This document shows positions 8,476-18,139 of a stretch of 64,000 nt of DNA, in pieces. Positions within the stretch are counted from its first letter, which is position 1, and every line of letters starts with the position of its first letter. A model generated the notes under the pieces. That model did no database searches. It was not told the origin of the DNA and saw only the letters and a list, made by a program, of their open reading frames with translations. The translations under genes were made by a program, and so were the position numbers. This DNA comes from Vicinamibacteria bacterium (GTDB lineage Bacteria > Acidobacteriota > Vicinamibacteria > Marinacidobacterales > Marinacidobacteraceae), in contig OY729431.1 in assembly GCA_963422395.1 (NCBI GenBank), positions 928,001 to 992,000 on the forward strand, given 5' to 3'.

Positions 8476-9876
8476 GTGACCGAAACTCCTCCGCCGAGAT
8501 CGGGTCGGTTCGCGCTTCTACTCGAAGCGCTGCGCGGCTCGAACCGGGACCTGACCTCGGGCCCGCTCGCCCCGGCGGTGTTCGTCCTCGCAGTGCCGAT
8601 GGCGCTCGAAATGGTGGGGGAGTCCATCTTCGCGGTCGTGGACGCTTTTTTCATTTCGCGGCTCGGAGCGCCCGCGCTCGCTTCGTCGGGACTCACCGAA
8701 ACCGCGCTCGATCTCGTGTACGCGGTGGCCATCGGTTTTTCGATCGCGGTCACCGCGGTGGTCTCCCGCCGCTGCGGCGAAGGAGACCGGCGGGGGGCGG
8801 CGCGCACCGGAGTCCAGGCGATCGGACTCGGGCTCGCAGCTTCGCTCGGGCTCGGGGCGCTCGGGGTGGTCTTCGCCCCCCAGGTGCTGATGCTCATGGG
8901 AGCCGACGCCGAGACGGTCGCGATCGGCGTTCCGCACGCCCGGATCATGTACGCCGGGATGGCGACGATCATCCTGCTCTTCCTCAACAACGCGATCCTG
9001 CGGGGAGCAGGCGATGCGCAGGCGGCGATGCGGGCGCTGTGGCTCTCGAACGCGATCAACATCGTGCTGGACCCCTGCCTGATCTTCGGGCTCGGGCCGT
9101 TCCCCGAACTGGGTCTTCCGGGTGCGGCAGTGGCGACCACCATCGGGCGCGGAACCGGAGTGATCTACCAGTTCTGGGTGCTCGCCCGCGGCTCGCGCCT
9201 CCGCATCCGCTCGGAAGACCTCCGGGTGCAGTGGGCGGTGCTGCGGAATCTCTGCCGGGTGTCGGTGGGCGGCGTCGGCCAGATGCTCGCCGACATGCTG
9301 CCCTGGATCCTGCTGATCCGGATCATCGCCAGCTTCGGCACCGTGGCGGTGGCGGGCTGGGTGATCGCCATCCGGGTGGCGCTCTTCGTGATCCTGCCCT
9401 GCTGGGGCCTCTCGAACGCCGCCTCGACCCTCGTCGGACAGAACCTCGGCGCCGGGAAACCGGAACGCGCCGAGCGCGCGGTGTGGATCACCGGGGGCTG
9501 GAACATGGCGTTCATGGGGGTGGTGACCGGCCTCTTCGTGGTTTTCGCGCCCGAGATCGCAGCGTTCTTCAGCGCCGACCCTGCGGTGCGGGCCATCGCC
9601 GCCACCGCGCTGCGGATAGTGAGCTACGGGTATGTCTTCTACGCTTGGGGGATGGTGACCCGGCAGGCGTTCAACGGGGCGGGGGACACCCGCACTCCGA
9701 CCGTGATCGACTTCGTCTGCTTCTGGCTCTTCGAAATCCCGCTCGCCTGGCTGCTCTCCCGCACCGCGCTCGGGGTCGATGGAATCTTCTGGGCGGTCGC
9801 CATCGCCTACTCGCTCTCTGCAGTGGTCAGCACCCTGTGGTTCCGCCGGGGCGGCTGGAAGACGCAGCAGGTCTGA
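8476..9876 (+). CDS. MATE family efflux transporter
   Basis: DLTSGPL, LRGAGD, NIVLDP, LVGQNLGAG, FNGAGDTRTP, about 12 TM helices. Confidence 0.93.
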   Translation: MTETPPPRSGRFALLLEALRGSNRDLTSGPLAPAVFVLAVPMALEMVGESIFAVVDAFFISRLGAPALASSGLTETALDLVYAVAIGFSIAVTAVVSRRCGEGDRRGAARTGVQAIGLGLAASLGLGALGVVFAPQVLMLMGADAETVAIGVPHARIMYAGMATIILLFLNNAILRGAGDAQAAMRALWLSNAINIVLDPCLIFGLGPFPELGLPGAAVATTIGRGTGVIYQFWVLARGSRLRIRSEDLRVQWAVLRNLCRVSVGGVGQMLADMLPWILLIRIIASFGTVAVAGWVIAIRVALFVILPCWGLSNAASTLVGQNLGAGKPERAERAVWITGGWNMAFMGVVTGLFVVFAPEIAAFFSADPAVRAIAATALRIVSYGYVFYAWGMVTRQAFNGAGDTRTPTVIDFVCFWLFEIPLAWLLSRTALGVDGIFWAVAIAYSLSAVVSTLWFRRGGWKTQQV

Positions 9877-10004
9877 TCCCCCTTCTGCGTACCGGACTCG
9901 CGCTCCCCGCCGGGCTCTGATCTGCCGTGCTCTGATCCGCTGCCCGAGTTCAGCGGACGGAGATTCGCTCGCCTCCGAAGCGAGCGCTTCCCTCGGGAGG
10001 CCTG

Positions 10005-12131
10005 CTATGGGCTTCCCGCCGTCGTTCGTTCGGCGAGGCCGAGCAGGAACGAGTAGATCTCGGCGATTTCCTCGAGGCCGCGGTAGCGGCCGGAGCGGCC
10101 GCCGTGACCGGCATCGAGATTCGTTCGCAGCACGATGACCGCGTCGGGGTTCGTATTCCGCTCCCGGAGCCTTTGGACCCACTTCGCGGGTTCCCAGAAC
10201 TGCACCTGCGAATCGTGGAGGCCGCTGGTCGCGAAGAGGTGCGGCAGGGCGGCCTGGGGGATGTTCTCCTGCGGGGCGTAGCCGGCGAGGAGCTCGAAGA
10301 ACTCCTTCCGGTTCGGATCGCCCCACTCGTCGTATTCGGCGGTGGTCAGCGGGAGGTCCGGGTCCAGCATCGTGTTCAGCACATCCACGAAGGGGACCAT
10401 CGCCACCAGACCGGCGAAGAGTGCCGGTTCCTCGTTCAGCACCGCGCCCATCAGCAGCCCGCCGGCGCTGCCGCCCATGGCGAACAGCCGCTCGGGGTCG
10501 CCGAGCCCGCGTTTTCGCAGGTGGCGGGCGCAGGCGATGAAGTCCTGGAAGGTGTTGCACTTCCGGTGTTGTCTGCCCGCCTCGTACCAGGCGCGCCCCA
10601 GCTCTTGCCCGCCGCGGACATGGGCGATGGCGAAGGTGAAACCGCGGTCGAGGAGGCTGAGCCTCGTGCGGGAGAAAGCGGGGTCCATGGGGATGCCGTA
10701 GGCCCCGTATCCGTAGAGGAGGAGCGGGGTCTCGCTCGCCGGCGGATGGTCCCGGTGATGGACGAGCGAGATCGGGATCCGCACGCCGTCCTCCGCGGGA
10801 GCGGACAGGAGGCGCACCCGGTAGCGGGCCGGATCGAAGTTCGGGACTTCCTCCCGCTTCAACACCCGGCGGCGACCCGTCGTCAACGAGACCGCGAGGG
10901 TGGTCGGCGGGGTTTTCGGGGTGCTCACCACCACCCGGACCGCCGCCGCGCCGGGCTCGGGATTCTCCTCCTCGTCGAGGGCCCGCACCGGTCCTGGAAG
11001 GCGGACTTCGCGGGATGCGCCGGTCCTCCAGTCCACGAGCCGCAGCGTCTGGCGCCCGCTCCGCCGCTCGAAGAGCGCGAGGTGGCTCTCGAATAGCGCG
11101 AAGCCCTCCAGCGGGACTCCCTCCCGCGCCGGGATCCGATCCGTCCAGGCCTCCGGGTTTCCCGGATCGGATTCGGGCGCCTCGACCAGGCGGAAGTCGG
11201 GTGCGTCCCGGTTGGTACGGATCCAGAAGCGGCTCCGGAAGTGGTCCAGCTCGAACTCGTGCGGGCCGCCGCGGGCGACGATCCGGCGTGGCGCGGCCTC
11301 GGGGTCGCTGCTCGGAATCCCCCAGGCTTCGGCGCGGTCGGTCTGCTCACAGTGGAGCAAGAGGAGTTCCCGAGAGCGGCTCTCCGAAACCATGACGGAA
11401 AAAGTCTCGTCGCTCTCTTCGTAGGCGATCTCGTCCTGCTCCGCCGGGGTGCCGAGCCGGTGGCGCATCACCCGGAACCAGCGCAGGGTTCCGGGGTCGA
11501 TGCTGGTGTAGAGCACCGTGGCGCCGTCGCGGGCCCAGACCAGGTTCGGCGCCGCCCCCGAAATCCGGTCTTCGAGCACCCGGCCGGTCCGGGTGTCGAG
11601 GAAGCGGAACTCGTAGCGGCGGCGGCCCACGGTGTCGGCGGCGTAGGCGAGGATCCGGTGATCCGGCGAGATTTCCAGCGCCCCCAGATCGAAGTAGCCG
11701 TCCGCCGACTCGCCGTGCGCCTCGCGCGCCAACCGGTTTCCGTCGAGCAGGAGCTGCTCCGGCCCGGCCCGGCCGCGTCCCCGGTTTTTCACTGTTGTTT
11801 TCGCCGGACGCCGGCAGAACACCGGGTATTCCTCGCCCCGCCGGTAGCGCGCGTAGTAGAGGAACGGACCGTGGCGGACGGGGGGGGAAGCGGAATCGGG
11901 AACGATGCGCGCCTTCATCTCGGCGAGGACCGCCTTCCGGATGCCGTCCCAGGGTGCGAGGCAGCGCTCGGTCCAGGCATTCTCCGCCTCCAGGTGGCGG
12001 AGCACTTCGGGGTCCTCCCGGTTTCGGATCCACGCCCAGGGATCGCTCCAGACCCTTCCGAACTTCTCCCGCCGGACCGGCCGCCGCGCGGCCACCGGAG
12101 GAGTGGGCGGAGGAGTCCCGGTCCCGGCCAT
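10005..12131 (-). CDS. ptrB: Oligopeptidase B (S9A)
   Basis: DPWAWIR, HLEAENAW, YGYGAYG, AHVRGGQELG, GGSAGG nucleophile, DSQVQFWEPAKW, AGHGG. Confidence 0.92.
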   Translation of the reverse strand: MAGTGTPPPTPPVAARRPVRREKFGRVWSDPWAWIRNREDPEVLRHLEAENAWTERCLAPWDGIRKAVLAEMKARIVPDSASPPVRHGPFLYYARYRRGEEYPVFCRRPAKTTVKNRGRGRAGPEQLLLDGNRLAREAHGESADGYFDLGALEISPDHRILAYAADTVGRRRYEFRFLDTRTGRVLEDRISGAAPNLVWARDGATVLYTSIDPGTLRWFRVMRHRLGTPAEQDEIAYEESDETFSVMVSESRSRELLLLHCEQTDRAEAWGIPSSDPEAAPRRIVARGGPHEFELDHFRSRFWIRTNRDAPDFRLVEAPESDPGNPEAWTDRIPAREGVPLEGFALFESHLALFERRSGRQTLRLVDWRTGASREVRLPGPVRALDEEENPEPGAAAVRVVVSTPKTPPTTLAVSLTTGRRRVLKREEVPNFDPARYRVRLLSAPAEDGVRIPISLVHHRDHPPASETPLLLYGYGAYGIPMDPAFSRTRLSLLDRGFTFAIAHVRGGQELGRAWYEAGRQHRKCNTFQDFIACARHLRKRGLGDPERLFAMGGSAGGLLMGAVLNEEPALFAGLVAMVPFVDVLNTMLDPDLPLTTAEYDEWGDPNRKEFFELLAGYAPQENIPQAALPHLFATSGLHDSQVQFWEPAKWVQRLRERNTNPDAVIVLRTNLDAGHGGRSGRYRGLEEIAEIYSFLLGLAERTTAGSP

Positions 12132-12233
12132 GAGCGCCGGAAGGGTAGCCGCGCTTTCCGGTGCCGCCGCCTTCCTCGTCCGGCTGGAAACTCCTTCCGG
12201 ACGAAACCTGCGTAAAGCCCTTCCCGGTGATGG

Positions 12234-14666
12234 CTATGCGGGGTCGAGCCGCAGGCGGTGTTCGGTAACCGATTCGACTTTGCCGCGGGTGTAGGCGAGC
12301 GGGAAGTACTGGTGGCGGACCCAGAGTTCGAACAGGTCGCGGTAGTGGGGGCTTTGCGGGTCGCCTGCCTGGCCGGGGGCGCTGGTGGCGACCGAGTTGT
12401 CCCAGTTCGAGGGGTCGAGGATCACCCGGAAACTGCCGCCCGAGCGCTGGTTGTCGCCGGCGCCGGTGTTGTTGACGGTGGATTCGTAACCGCCGCGCGG
12501 ATACGGGCCGACCTCCAGCAGCGCACGGGTCTCCTCGTTCACCGCCTCCGCGAGGTAGTGGGTGATGTGGACATGCTTCATGGCCTGCTGGCCGTAGCGC
12601 CAGTTCGCCCGGTCGTCGCCGAGCCGCTCGCGGACATCCTGGACCCCGTCGGCGAACGCTTCGAGCAGCAGCTCGTCCCGCGCCCCGGTCGGGTCGTTCC
12701 CGAAGCGGCCGTCGGGGGCCAGCAGGTGGTCGAGCATCCGCTTCTTGTTCATACCCCGGAGCAGGCCGCGCACCGTCTCGGGAAGGAAGAGATCGCGCAT
12801 CGCTGCCGAAACCCGGCGCTCGAAGTGCAGATAGAGGGTCGCCGCCACCGATTCCTCGTCCATCACGAAATCCCAGGCGGCGAGCGCGTCTCGCTCCGGG
12901 CTCGCTTCGGGCTCGGCGAGCAGGAGCAGCGGGACGAGGTTTCGCGCCACCACGCTCAGCTCGTCATGCTGATACGCCATCATGTCCTGGACGGTGTGGC
13001 GCCGGCCGTTGCGCATCAGCTCGTCCACCCGGAGTCCGCGCATTTCATCGCCCCAGGTGAAGTGGAGCGCCTCGGGATGGGGATAGTGCGATGCAACCGC
13101 CGGAGCCATCAGGTTGTTCGCGGTGCCCCAGAAGCCCTTCTCGGGGTTCTCGACCGAGGGGAGCGCCTTGATGGGGAGAAATCCCTGCCATTCGTAGCGC
13201 CCGTCGCCGGGTACCGGGACCAGTCCGCTCCAGTTCGCGTTCCGGATCGGAGAGATCCCCACTGCCTGGTAGCCGATGTTGCCGTCCACATCGCCCCAGA
13301 TCATGTTCTCGGCGGGAATGCCGCTGTAGTTGCATGCCTCGACGAACTCTTCCCAGGTCTGGGCCTGGTCCATCCGCAGGCTGGCCAGATAGGGGGCGTT
13401 CCCGATTTCCAGCCAGGCGGCGCGGAGCGCGTACGCCTTGTGATTCTCCGTGTCTTCGTACAGCACTGGCCCGTGCCGGGTGTATTTGAGCGTCGCCCGG
13501 TGGTCGTCCTGCCCCTCGACCGCGATCGTCTCGGTGCGCACGGTCATGGCTTCCCATTCTCCGAGGTATCGATACTGGTTCGGGTCGGCCGGGTTCGTGT
13601 CATAGACCATCAGGTCCTCGTTGTCCTGTCCGAACACCGTGAGACCCCAGCCGCCCTTCCGGTTGTGGCCGATGGAAAGGCCGGGGAGCACCGGTTCGCC
13701 CCCGCCGATGACATGCCATCCCGGCGCTTCGAGGTGCACGAAGTACCGCAGCGAGGGCGCCACGATGGAGCGGTGCGGGTCGTTCACGATGAGCGGCAGC
13801 CCGGTCCAGGTGCGTTCGCCGTGGACGACCCAGTTGTTCGAGCCGATGTGTTCGCCGCGCGCCGCCAGGTTCAGTTCGGAGGGGAACTCCTCGAGCAGCG
13901 CCTGCCGTTCCGCGCCGCGGTTCCGATACTCCTCGGCGACTTGGTCGGGTCGGAAGACGACCGGGCTGCGGAAGGCGCGGTAGATGTCCAGGATCTCCGG
14001 TTCGAGCAGCGAGCCGTCGATGGCGGGATCGAGTTCGAGCTGGGGCGTTCCCGGGCGGAACCACTCCATTTCGGCGAGTGCGTCGGCGCCGATCGCGGCT
14101 ACCGCCATTCCGTATCTCAGCTCCTGGTTCGCATTCGACAAGAGGCCCTGGTGGCGGGAGATCACCACTTCCTCGGTCCAGGGTTCGGGAAGGATGCCGA
14201 GCAGCCGGAACTCGAGCGGCAGCGAATCCGGTTCCTGCCGGGCCTGGGCGACGGCGGCGTTCACCCCCCGGACGAACGCGGGGATGATCCGGTCGCCGCG
14301 GGGGTGGTACCAGCGCATCTCCTCGCCCAGGTCCTTGCGGAACCGGTGGAGCCTGGTTCCGATGTCGCGCTCGATCTCCGATGGCCCGAGGATCTCCGCC
14401 ACCGTGCCGGTCGCCTGCCGGCGCCACATCTCGAACTGGAAGAGCCGGTTCTCCGCGGCGCGGTACCCTTGGGCGAAGAACAGGTCGTCCTCGTTCTCCG
14501 CGTAGATGTGGTCGATTCCCCAGCGGTCGGTCAGCACCTCGACGGAGGCGCCGAGCCCTTCGACCTCGCGGGTCTCCTCTTGGGCGGAACCAGCCGAGGC
14601 CAGAAGAGCACCGAGCGCGAAGAGTCCTCCGATGGGGAGCAGGGAATGTCGGGGGTGCGAATTCAT
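12234..14666 (-). CDS. Penicillin acylase family Ntn-hydrolase (S45), secreted
   Basis: ATG at 14666 with signal peptide. DRWGIDHIYA, FFAQGY, GSNNWVV beta-chain start, NDPHR, PGQAGDPQSPHY. Confidence 0.92.
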   Translation of the reverse strand: MNSHPRHSLLPIGGLFALGALLASAGSAQEETREVEGLGASVEVLTDRWGIDHIYAENEDDLFFAQGYRAAENRLFQFEMWRRQATGTVAEILGPSEIERDIGTRLHRFRKDLGEEMRWYHPRGDRIIPAFVRGVNAAVAQARQEPDSLPLEFRLLGILPEPWTEEVVISRHQGLLSNANQELRYGMAVAAIGADALAEMEWFRPGTPQLELDPAIDGSLLEPEILDIYRAFRSPVVFRPDQVAEEYRNRGAERQALLEEFPSELNLAARGEHIGSNNWVVHGERTWTGLPLIVNDPHRSIVAPSLRYFVHLEAPGWHVIGGGEPVLPGLSIGHNRKGGWGLTVFGQDNEDLMVYDTNPADPNQYRYLGEWEAMTVRTETIAVEGQDDHRATLKYTRHGPVLYEDTENHKAYALRAAWLEIGNAPYLASLRMDQAQTWEEFVEACNYSGIPAENMIWGDVDGNIGYQAVGISPIRNANWSGLVPVPGDGRYEWQGFLPIKALPSVENPEKGFWGTANNLMAPAVASHYPHPEALHFTWGDEMRGLRVDELMRNGRRHTVQDMMAYQHDELSVVARNLVPLLLLAEPEASPERDALAAWDFVMDEESVAATLYLHFERRVSAAMRDLFLPETVRGLLRGMNKKRMLDHLLAPDGRFGNDPTGARDELLLEAFADGVQDVRERLGDDRANWRYGQQAMKHVHITHYLAEAVNEETRALLEVGPYPRGGYESTVNNTGAGDNQRSGGSFRVILDPSNWDNSVATSAPGQAGDPQSPHYRDLFELWVRHQYFPLAYTRGKVESVTEHRLRLDPA

Positions 14667-14766
14667 GGTGTGACTCCTGGCAGCTCGGAGCTCGGCTGCG
14701 GGCCGGCGATGATACGGGTTCGCCGCCCGGATGCCGCCCCCCGCTGATACCGTCGCGCGCCGTTCG

Positions 14767-15981
14767 ATGGCCTCTCCTTTCCGGCGGCTGCCCTCGCTGG
14801 GCGCGCTGATGCTCCTCGGAATGGTCGCCGGGGCCATCGCCGGCGCCGTCTTGGGCGAGCGCGCCGCTTCCCTCGCCTTCCTCGGCGACATCTTCATCCG
14901 GCTGCTGACCCTGGTCGCCGTTCCGCTCGTCTTCTTCAACCTGGCAGCGGCGCTGGCGTCGTTCTCCGCTGCAGAGCGGATGGGCCGCCTCACCCTGCGG
15001 ATCGGGACTTTCTTCCTGCTGACCACGGCGGCGGCGCTTCTCGGGTCGCTTGCGGTGGTGGGGCTCCTCGCTCCCGGCGCCGAGCTCGTCCCGCCGGCTT
15101 CCGGCGGGTCCCCCGCGTCGGTCACGATTCCGCAGTTCGCCGACTTCCTCTTCGCGCTGGTGCCGGACAATGTGTTCGGGGTCTTCGTGGACGGCCGCAT
15201 CACCGCCGTCGTCGTCCTGGGGCTGATGGTGGGACTGGCGGCGCGTCGGCTGGAACGCGAGCAGCGCGGCGAGGTCGTGCGTTTCCTCTCGGGGACGACC
15301 GCGCTGCTTCGGCAACTGGTGGCCGGGGTCCTCTGGGTGGGGCCGATCGGGGTCGCGGCGCTCGCCGCGGGAAGCGTCGGCGAGCACGGAAGTGCGGTAT
15401 TCGGGCCGCTCGGCATCTATATTGCCGCTGTGTGGATCGCCGACGGGGCGATCTTCGTTCTCTATTTCGTCGTCCTGCGCTGGCGCGCCGGCATCTCCCC
15501 GCTGGTGTTCGTGCGGCGGACGGCGACCGTGTGGACGACTACCGTCTCCACCTGCAGCAGCCTCGCCAGCCTCGGTGCTTCGCTGGACGCCGCCGAGCGC
15601 ATGGGGCTGCCCCGCCGGATCTATGCCTTCACTCTTCCGCTCGGCGCCCAGTGCAACAAGGATGGGAGCGCAGTGCTGCTCGCGGGAATCGTCCTGTTCA
15701 CCGCGCAGGCGACGGGAGTGTCCCTCGGCTTTTCCGAGATCGCCGCGGTGGTGCTGCTCGGCGTGCTGCTTTCGGCCGCCGCTCCCGGAGTTCCGGGCGG
15801 CGGCCTCGTGAACCAGTTCCTCCTGCTCCGGGCTTTCGGCCTGCCCGTGGAGATCGGCGTGCTGGTGGCGGGGATCTATCGCCTCGTGGACATGCCGACC
15901 ACCACCGCCAACATCCTCGGCGATCTCGTCGGAACCCTGGTGGTGAGCGGCGGCGAGAGAAGGGAGTCCGAAAGTGCCTGA
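14767..15981 (+). CDS. Dicarboxylate/amino acid:cation symporter (DAACS)
   Basis: LGDIFIRLL, STCSSLASL, LPLGAQCNKDG, APGVPGGG, RLVDMPTTTAN. Confidence 0.9.
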   Translation: MASPFRRLPSLGALMLLGMVAGAIAGAVLGERAASLAFLGDIFIRLLTLVAVPLVFFNLAAALASFSAAERMGRLTLRIGTFFLLTTAAALLGSLAVVGLLAPGAELVPPASGGSPASVTIPQFADFLFALVPDNVFGVFVDGRITAVVVLGLMVGLAARRLEREQRGEVVRFLSGTTALLRQLVAGVLWVGPIGVAALAAGSVGEHGSAVFGPLGIYIAAVWIADGAIFVLYFVVLRWRAGISPLVFVRRTATVWTTTVSTCSSLASLGASLDAAERMGLPRRIYAFTLPLGAQCNKDGSAVLLAGIVLFTAQATGVSLGFSEIAAVVLLGVLLSAAAPGVPGGGLVNQFLLLRAFGLPVEIGVLVAGIYRLVDMPTTTANILGDLVGTLVVSGGERRESESA

Positions 15982-17179
15982 AAGCCGGGAGATCCGGACC
16001 GCCCGCGGCCTCTTTCCCGCTGCGGAACGCCGCCCATACCTGAATGTGGCGGTGCGGAGCCTGCTCGCCCGCCCGGTACGCGCCGCCTGCGACGAGTACC
16101 TCGACGGGGCGATGGAGGGAGGGCCGGACAAGGAAGGGCTGCTGCGAACGGTGGAGCTCGGCCGGTCGCGCTTCGCCCGCTGGATCGGCGCCGAGGCCGA
16201 CGAGGTGGCCTGGACCCGGAATGTGACCGATGGGCTGAACCTGTTTCTCAGCTCCCTCGACTGGCGGGGCGGCGACGAGGTCGTCTATTGCCCGGACCTG
16301 GAGCATCCGTCGAATGTCCTTCCCTGGCGGAACCTCGCGGTGCGCCGGGGGGTACGGCTCGTCGCCGTGCCGGCGGCCGGCGGCCGGCTGCCGTCGGTCC
16401 GGATGGCGGAAGCGGTCGGTCCGCGCACTCGGGTCATCACGGCGGCGACGGTGTCCTATTCCCCCGGGTTCATCGCCGATCTCGCCCCGCTGCGGGAGGC
16501 GCGGAATCGGCACGGCGCGCTTCTCGTGCTCGACGCCGCGCAGTCCGTGGGGGTGCTTCGCACCGATGTGAACCAGCTCGGCGCCGATGTCCTCGCGGTG
16601 GCCAACCAGAAAGCGCTCTCGGCCTTCTACGGGACGGGCTTCCTGTACTGCCGGCGCGGAGTCGCCGAAACTCTGGTTCCGGCTGCGCTCGGGCGCTACG
16701 GGGTGGACCTGAAGCAGGCTTCCGAAACCGCGCTGCCGGGGGCTGCGCTTCTCTACGCGCCGGGGGCGCGCCGTTTCGACCTCGGCAACTACAACTATCT
16801 CGGCGCGCTGGCCTCCGAGCGAGCGCTGGCCATGCTCTCCGAATTCGGGGCCCCGGAGATCGAAAAGCACACCCTCGGGCTGTCGGCGCGGCTGGCCTCC
16901 GGATTCGCCGCCCTGGGGCTGCCGCCGACCTCGCACGGATCCGGCGCCCGCATCTCCCACATCGTGACCGTCGGAGTCCTGGGCCGGCAGGGGGTGCGCA
17001 CCGCGAGCGACGCCGGGATGGCCGACCTCCATGTCCGGCTCCGGAACGCCGGCGTCGTCCATTCCATCCGCCGTGCCTTGCTTCGCTTTTCGTGCTTCAT
17101 CTACAACGACGAGGCCGATGTGGACCGGGTGCTCGAAATCGCCCGCGAGTGGCGGCGCGGGTTCCGCGGCGCCGCCTGA
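15974..17179 (+). CDS. Aminotransferase class V PLP enzyme
   Basis: YLNVA, LEHPSN, DAAQSVG, PLP lysine in ANQKAL, LRFSCFIYN. Overlaps the DAACS end. Confidence 0.88.
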   Translation: MPESREIRTARGLFPAAERRPYLNVAVRSLLARPVRAACDEYLDGAMEGGPDKEGLLRTVELGRSRFARWIGAEADEVAWTRNVTDGLNLFLSSLDWRGGDEVVYCPDLEHPSNVLPWRNLAVRRGVRLVAVPAAGGRLPSVRMAEAVGPRTRVITAATVSYSPGFIADLAPLREARNRHGALLVLDAAQSVGVLRTDVNQLGADVLAVANQKALSAFYGTGFLYCRRGVAETLVPAALGRYGVDLKQASETALPGAALLYAPGARRFDLGNYNYLGALASERALAMLSEFGAPEIEKHTLGLSARLASGFAALGLPPTSHGSGARISHIVTVGVLGRQGVRTASDAGMADLHVRLRNAGVVHSIRRALLRFSCFIYNDEADVDRVLEIAREWRRGFRGAA

Positions 17180-17273
17180 CCGCTCGGCTGCCTTCCTCCC
17201 CGTTCGATTCCCTGTCGATTCGAGGCATTGCGGGCAGTCTTGGAGCTGGTGTCCTGAAACTGGGGATGGGGCG

Positions 17274-17326
17274 CTAGTAGAAGTGGCGCGAGCCCCGAGA
17301 GCGGGGAGGCGCCCGGGTTCCAAGGC
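17274..17326 (+). repeat. Degenerate remnant of the MITE family
   Basis: CTAG-TA-GAAGTGGCGCGAGCCCCGAGAGCGGGGAGGCGCC...CAAGGC aligns with the start of the 62373 element (GAAGTGGCGCGAGTACCGAGACCGGGGAGGCGCC...CAAGGC). Confidence 0.65.
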
Positions 17327-17399
17327 TCCCGTAGAATGTCCGCCCCCGAATCGGGCGGCCGGCGGGCCGACCCCTGATCGAGTCCGAGGAGGACGCCCC

Positions 17400-17897
17400 A
17401 TGAAACGAACGCTTTCCATCGCCGGCGCCGCGCTGGCGGCCGCGGCGCTGGCAGCCGCGCACCCGCACTTCAACAAGACGGTGACGACCACCATCGGTGA
17501 GGTCGAGGTCTCGGTGTCCTACAACTCGACCGACGCCAACATGGAGCGGGTGTCCGCCGTCGAGGCGGGCGCCTTCGTGAGCCCTCGCGGCCCGCGCCTC
17601 CTGGTCGGCTCCGAAGTGACTGCGGGCGACGAGACGATCGCCGCCGGCGAGTACACCATCGGCGTGATGAAGGGAGACGACGGCTCCTGGACCATGGCGC
17701 TCCACGAGGGCCGGATCCCCCGCGGCGAGATGCCCGACATGGGCAAGGTGATGCGGCTGGACTCGCGTTATTCCGAGAGCATGGGCACTGCGGAGCACAT
17801 GCTGATCGACATCACTGCCGGCAGCGGCGACTTCGCCGGCCGCCCGGTGCTGACGATCCACTTCGGCAACATGCACCTCCAGGCCGCGATCGGATAG
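17400..17897 (+). CDS. Secreted protein, DUF2911-like
   Basis: RBS GAGGAGG, signal peptide MKRTLSIAGAALAAAALAA, VEVSVSY, IAAGEYTI, LTIHFGN. Confidence 0.7.
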   Translation: MKRTLSIAGAALAAAALAAAHPHFNKTVTTTIGEVEVSVSYNSTDANMERVSAVEAGAFVSPRGPRLLVGSEVTAGDETIAAGEYTIGVMKGDDGSWTMALHEGRIPRGEMPDMGKVMRLDSRYSESMGTAEHMLIDITAGSGDFAGRPVLTIHFGNMHLQAAIG

Positions 17898-18139
17898 CAC
17901 TGCTCGGCGGGCCGCCGGTGGAAGCGATCCGTGCCGTTCGCTCCCGGTCCGCCAGCCGGATTCTGCCCCGGGGGTTGGAGGGAACGGGGGAACCTCGCCG
18001 GCCGTAACCCGTGATACTCTTTGCCTTCTGATGCAGCTTGACGGCTCTGCCCAACCTCCCGAACCCGCCCGAGAAAAGCCCCGGGAAACGGTTCGGGGGA
18101 TTGCCGGCTCCGTCGGCGCGCGCTCCCCCGGTACCCGCC

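Noticed and set aside
9914-9944. GCTCTGATC repeated at 15-bp spacing between MATE and ptrB
   Set aside because: Two short copies only, compatible with chance or slippage.
15974-17179. Cysteine desulfurase (sufS/iscS) assignment
   Set aside because: The catalytic Cys loop motif is absent.
18000-18139. M-box riboswitch, 6S RNA or SRP RNA upstream of mgtE
   Set aside because: I could not match the conserved motifs of any of these. Reported only as an unassigned structured leader.
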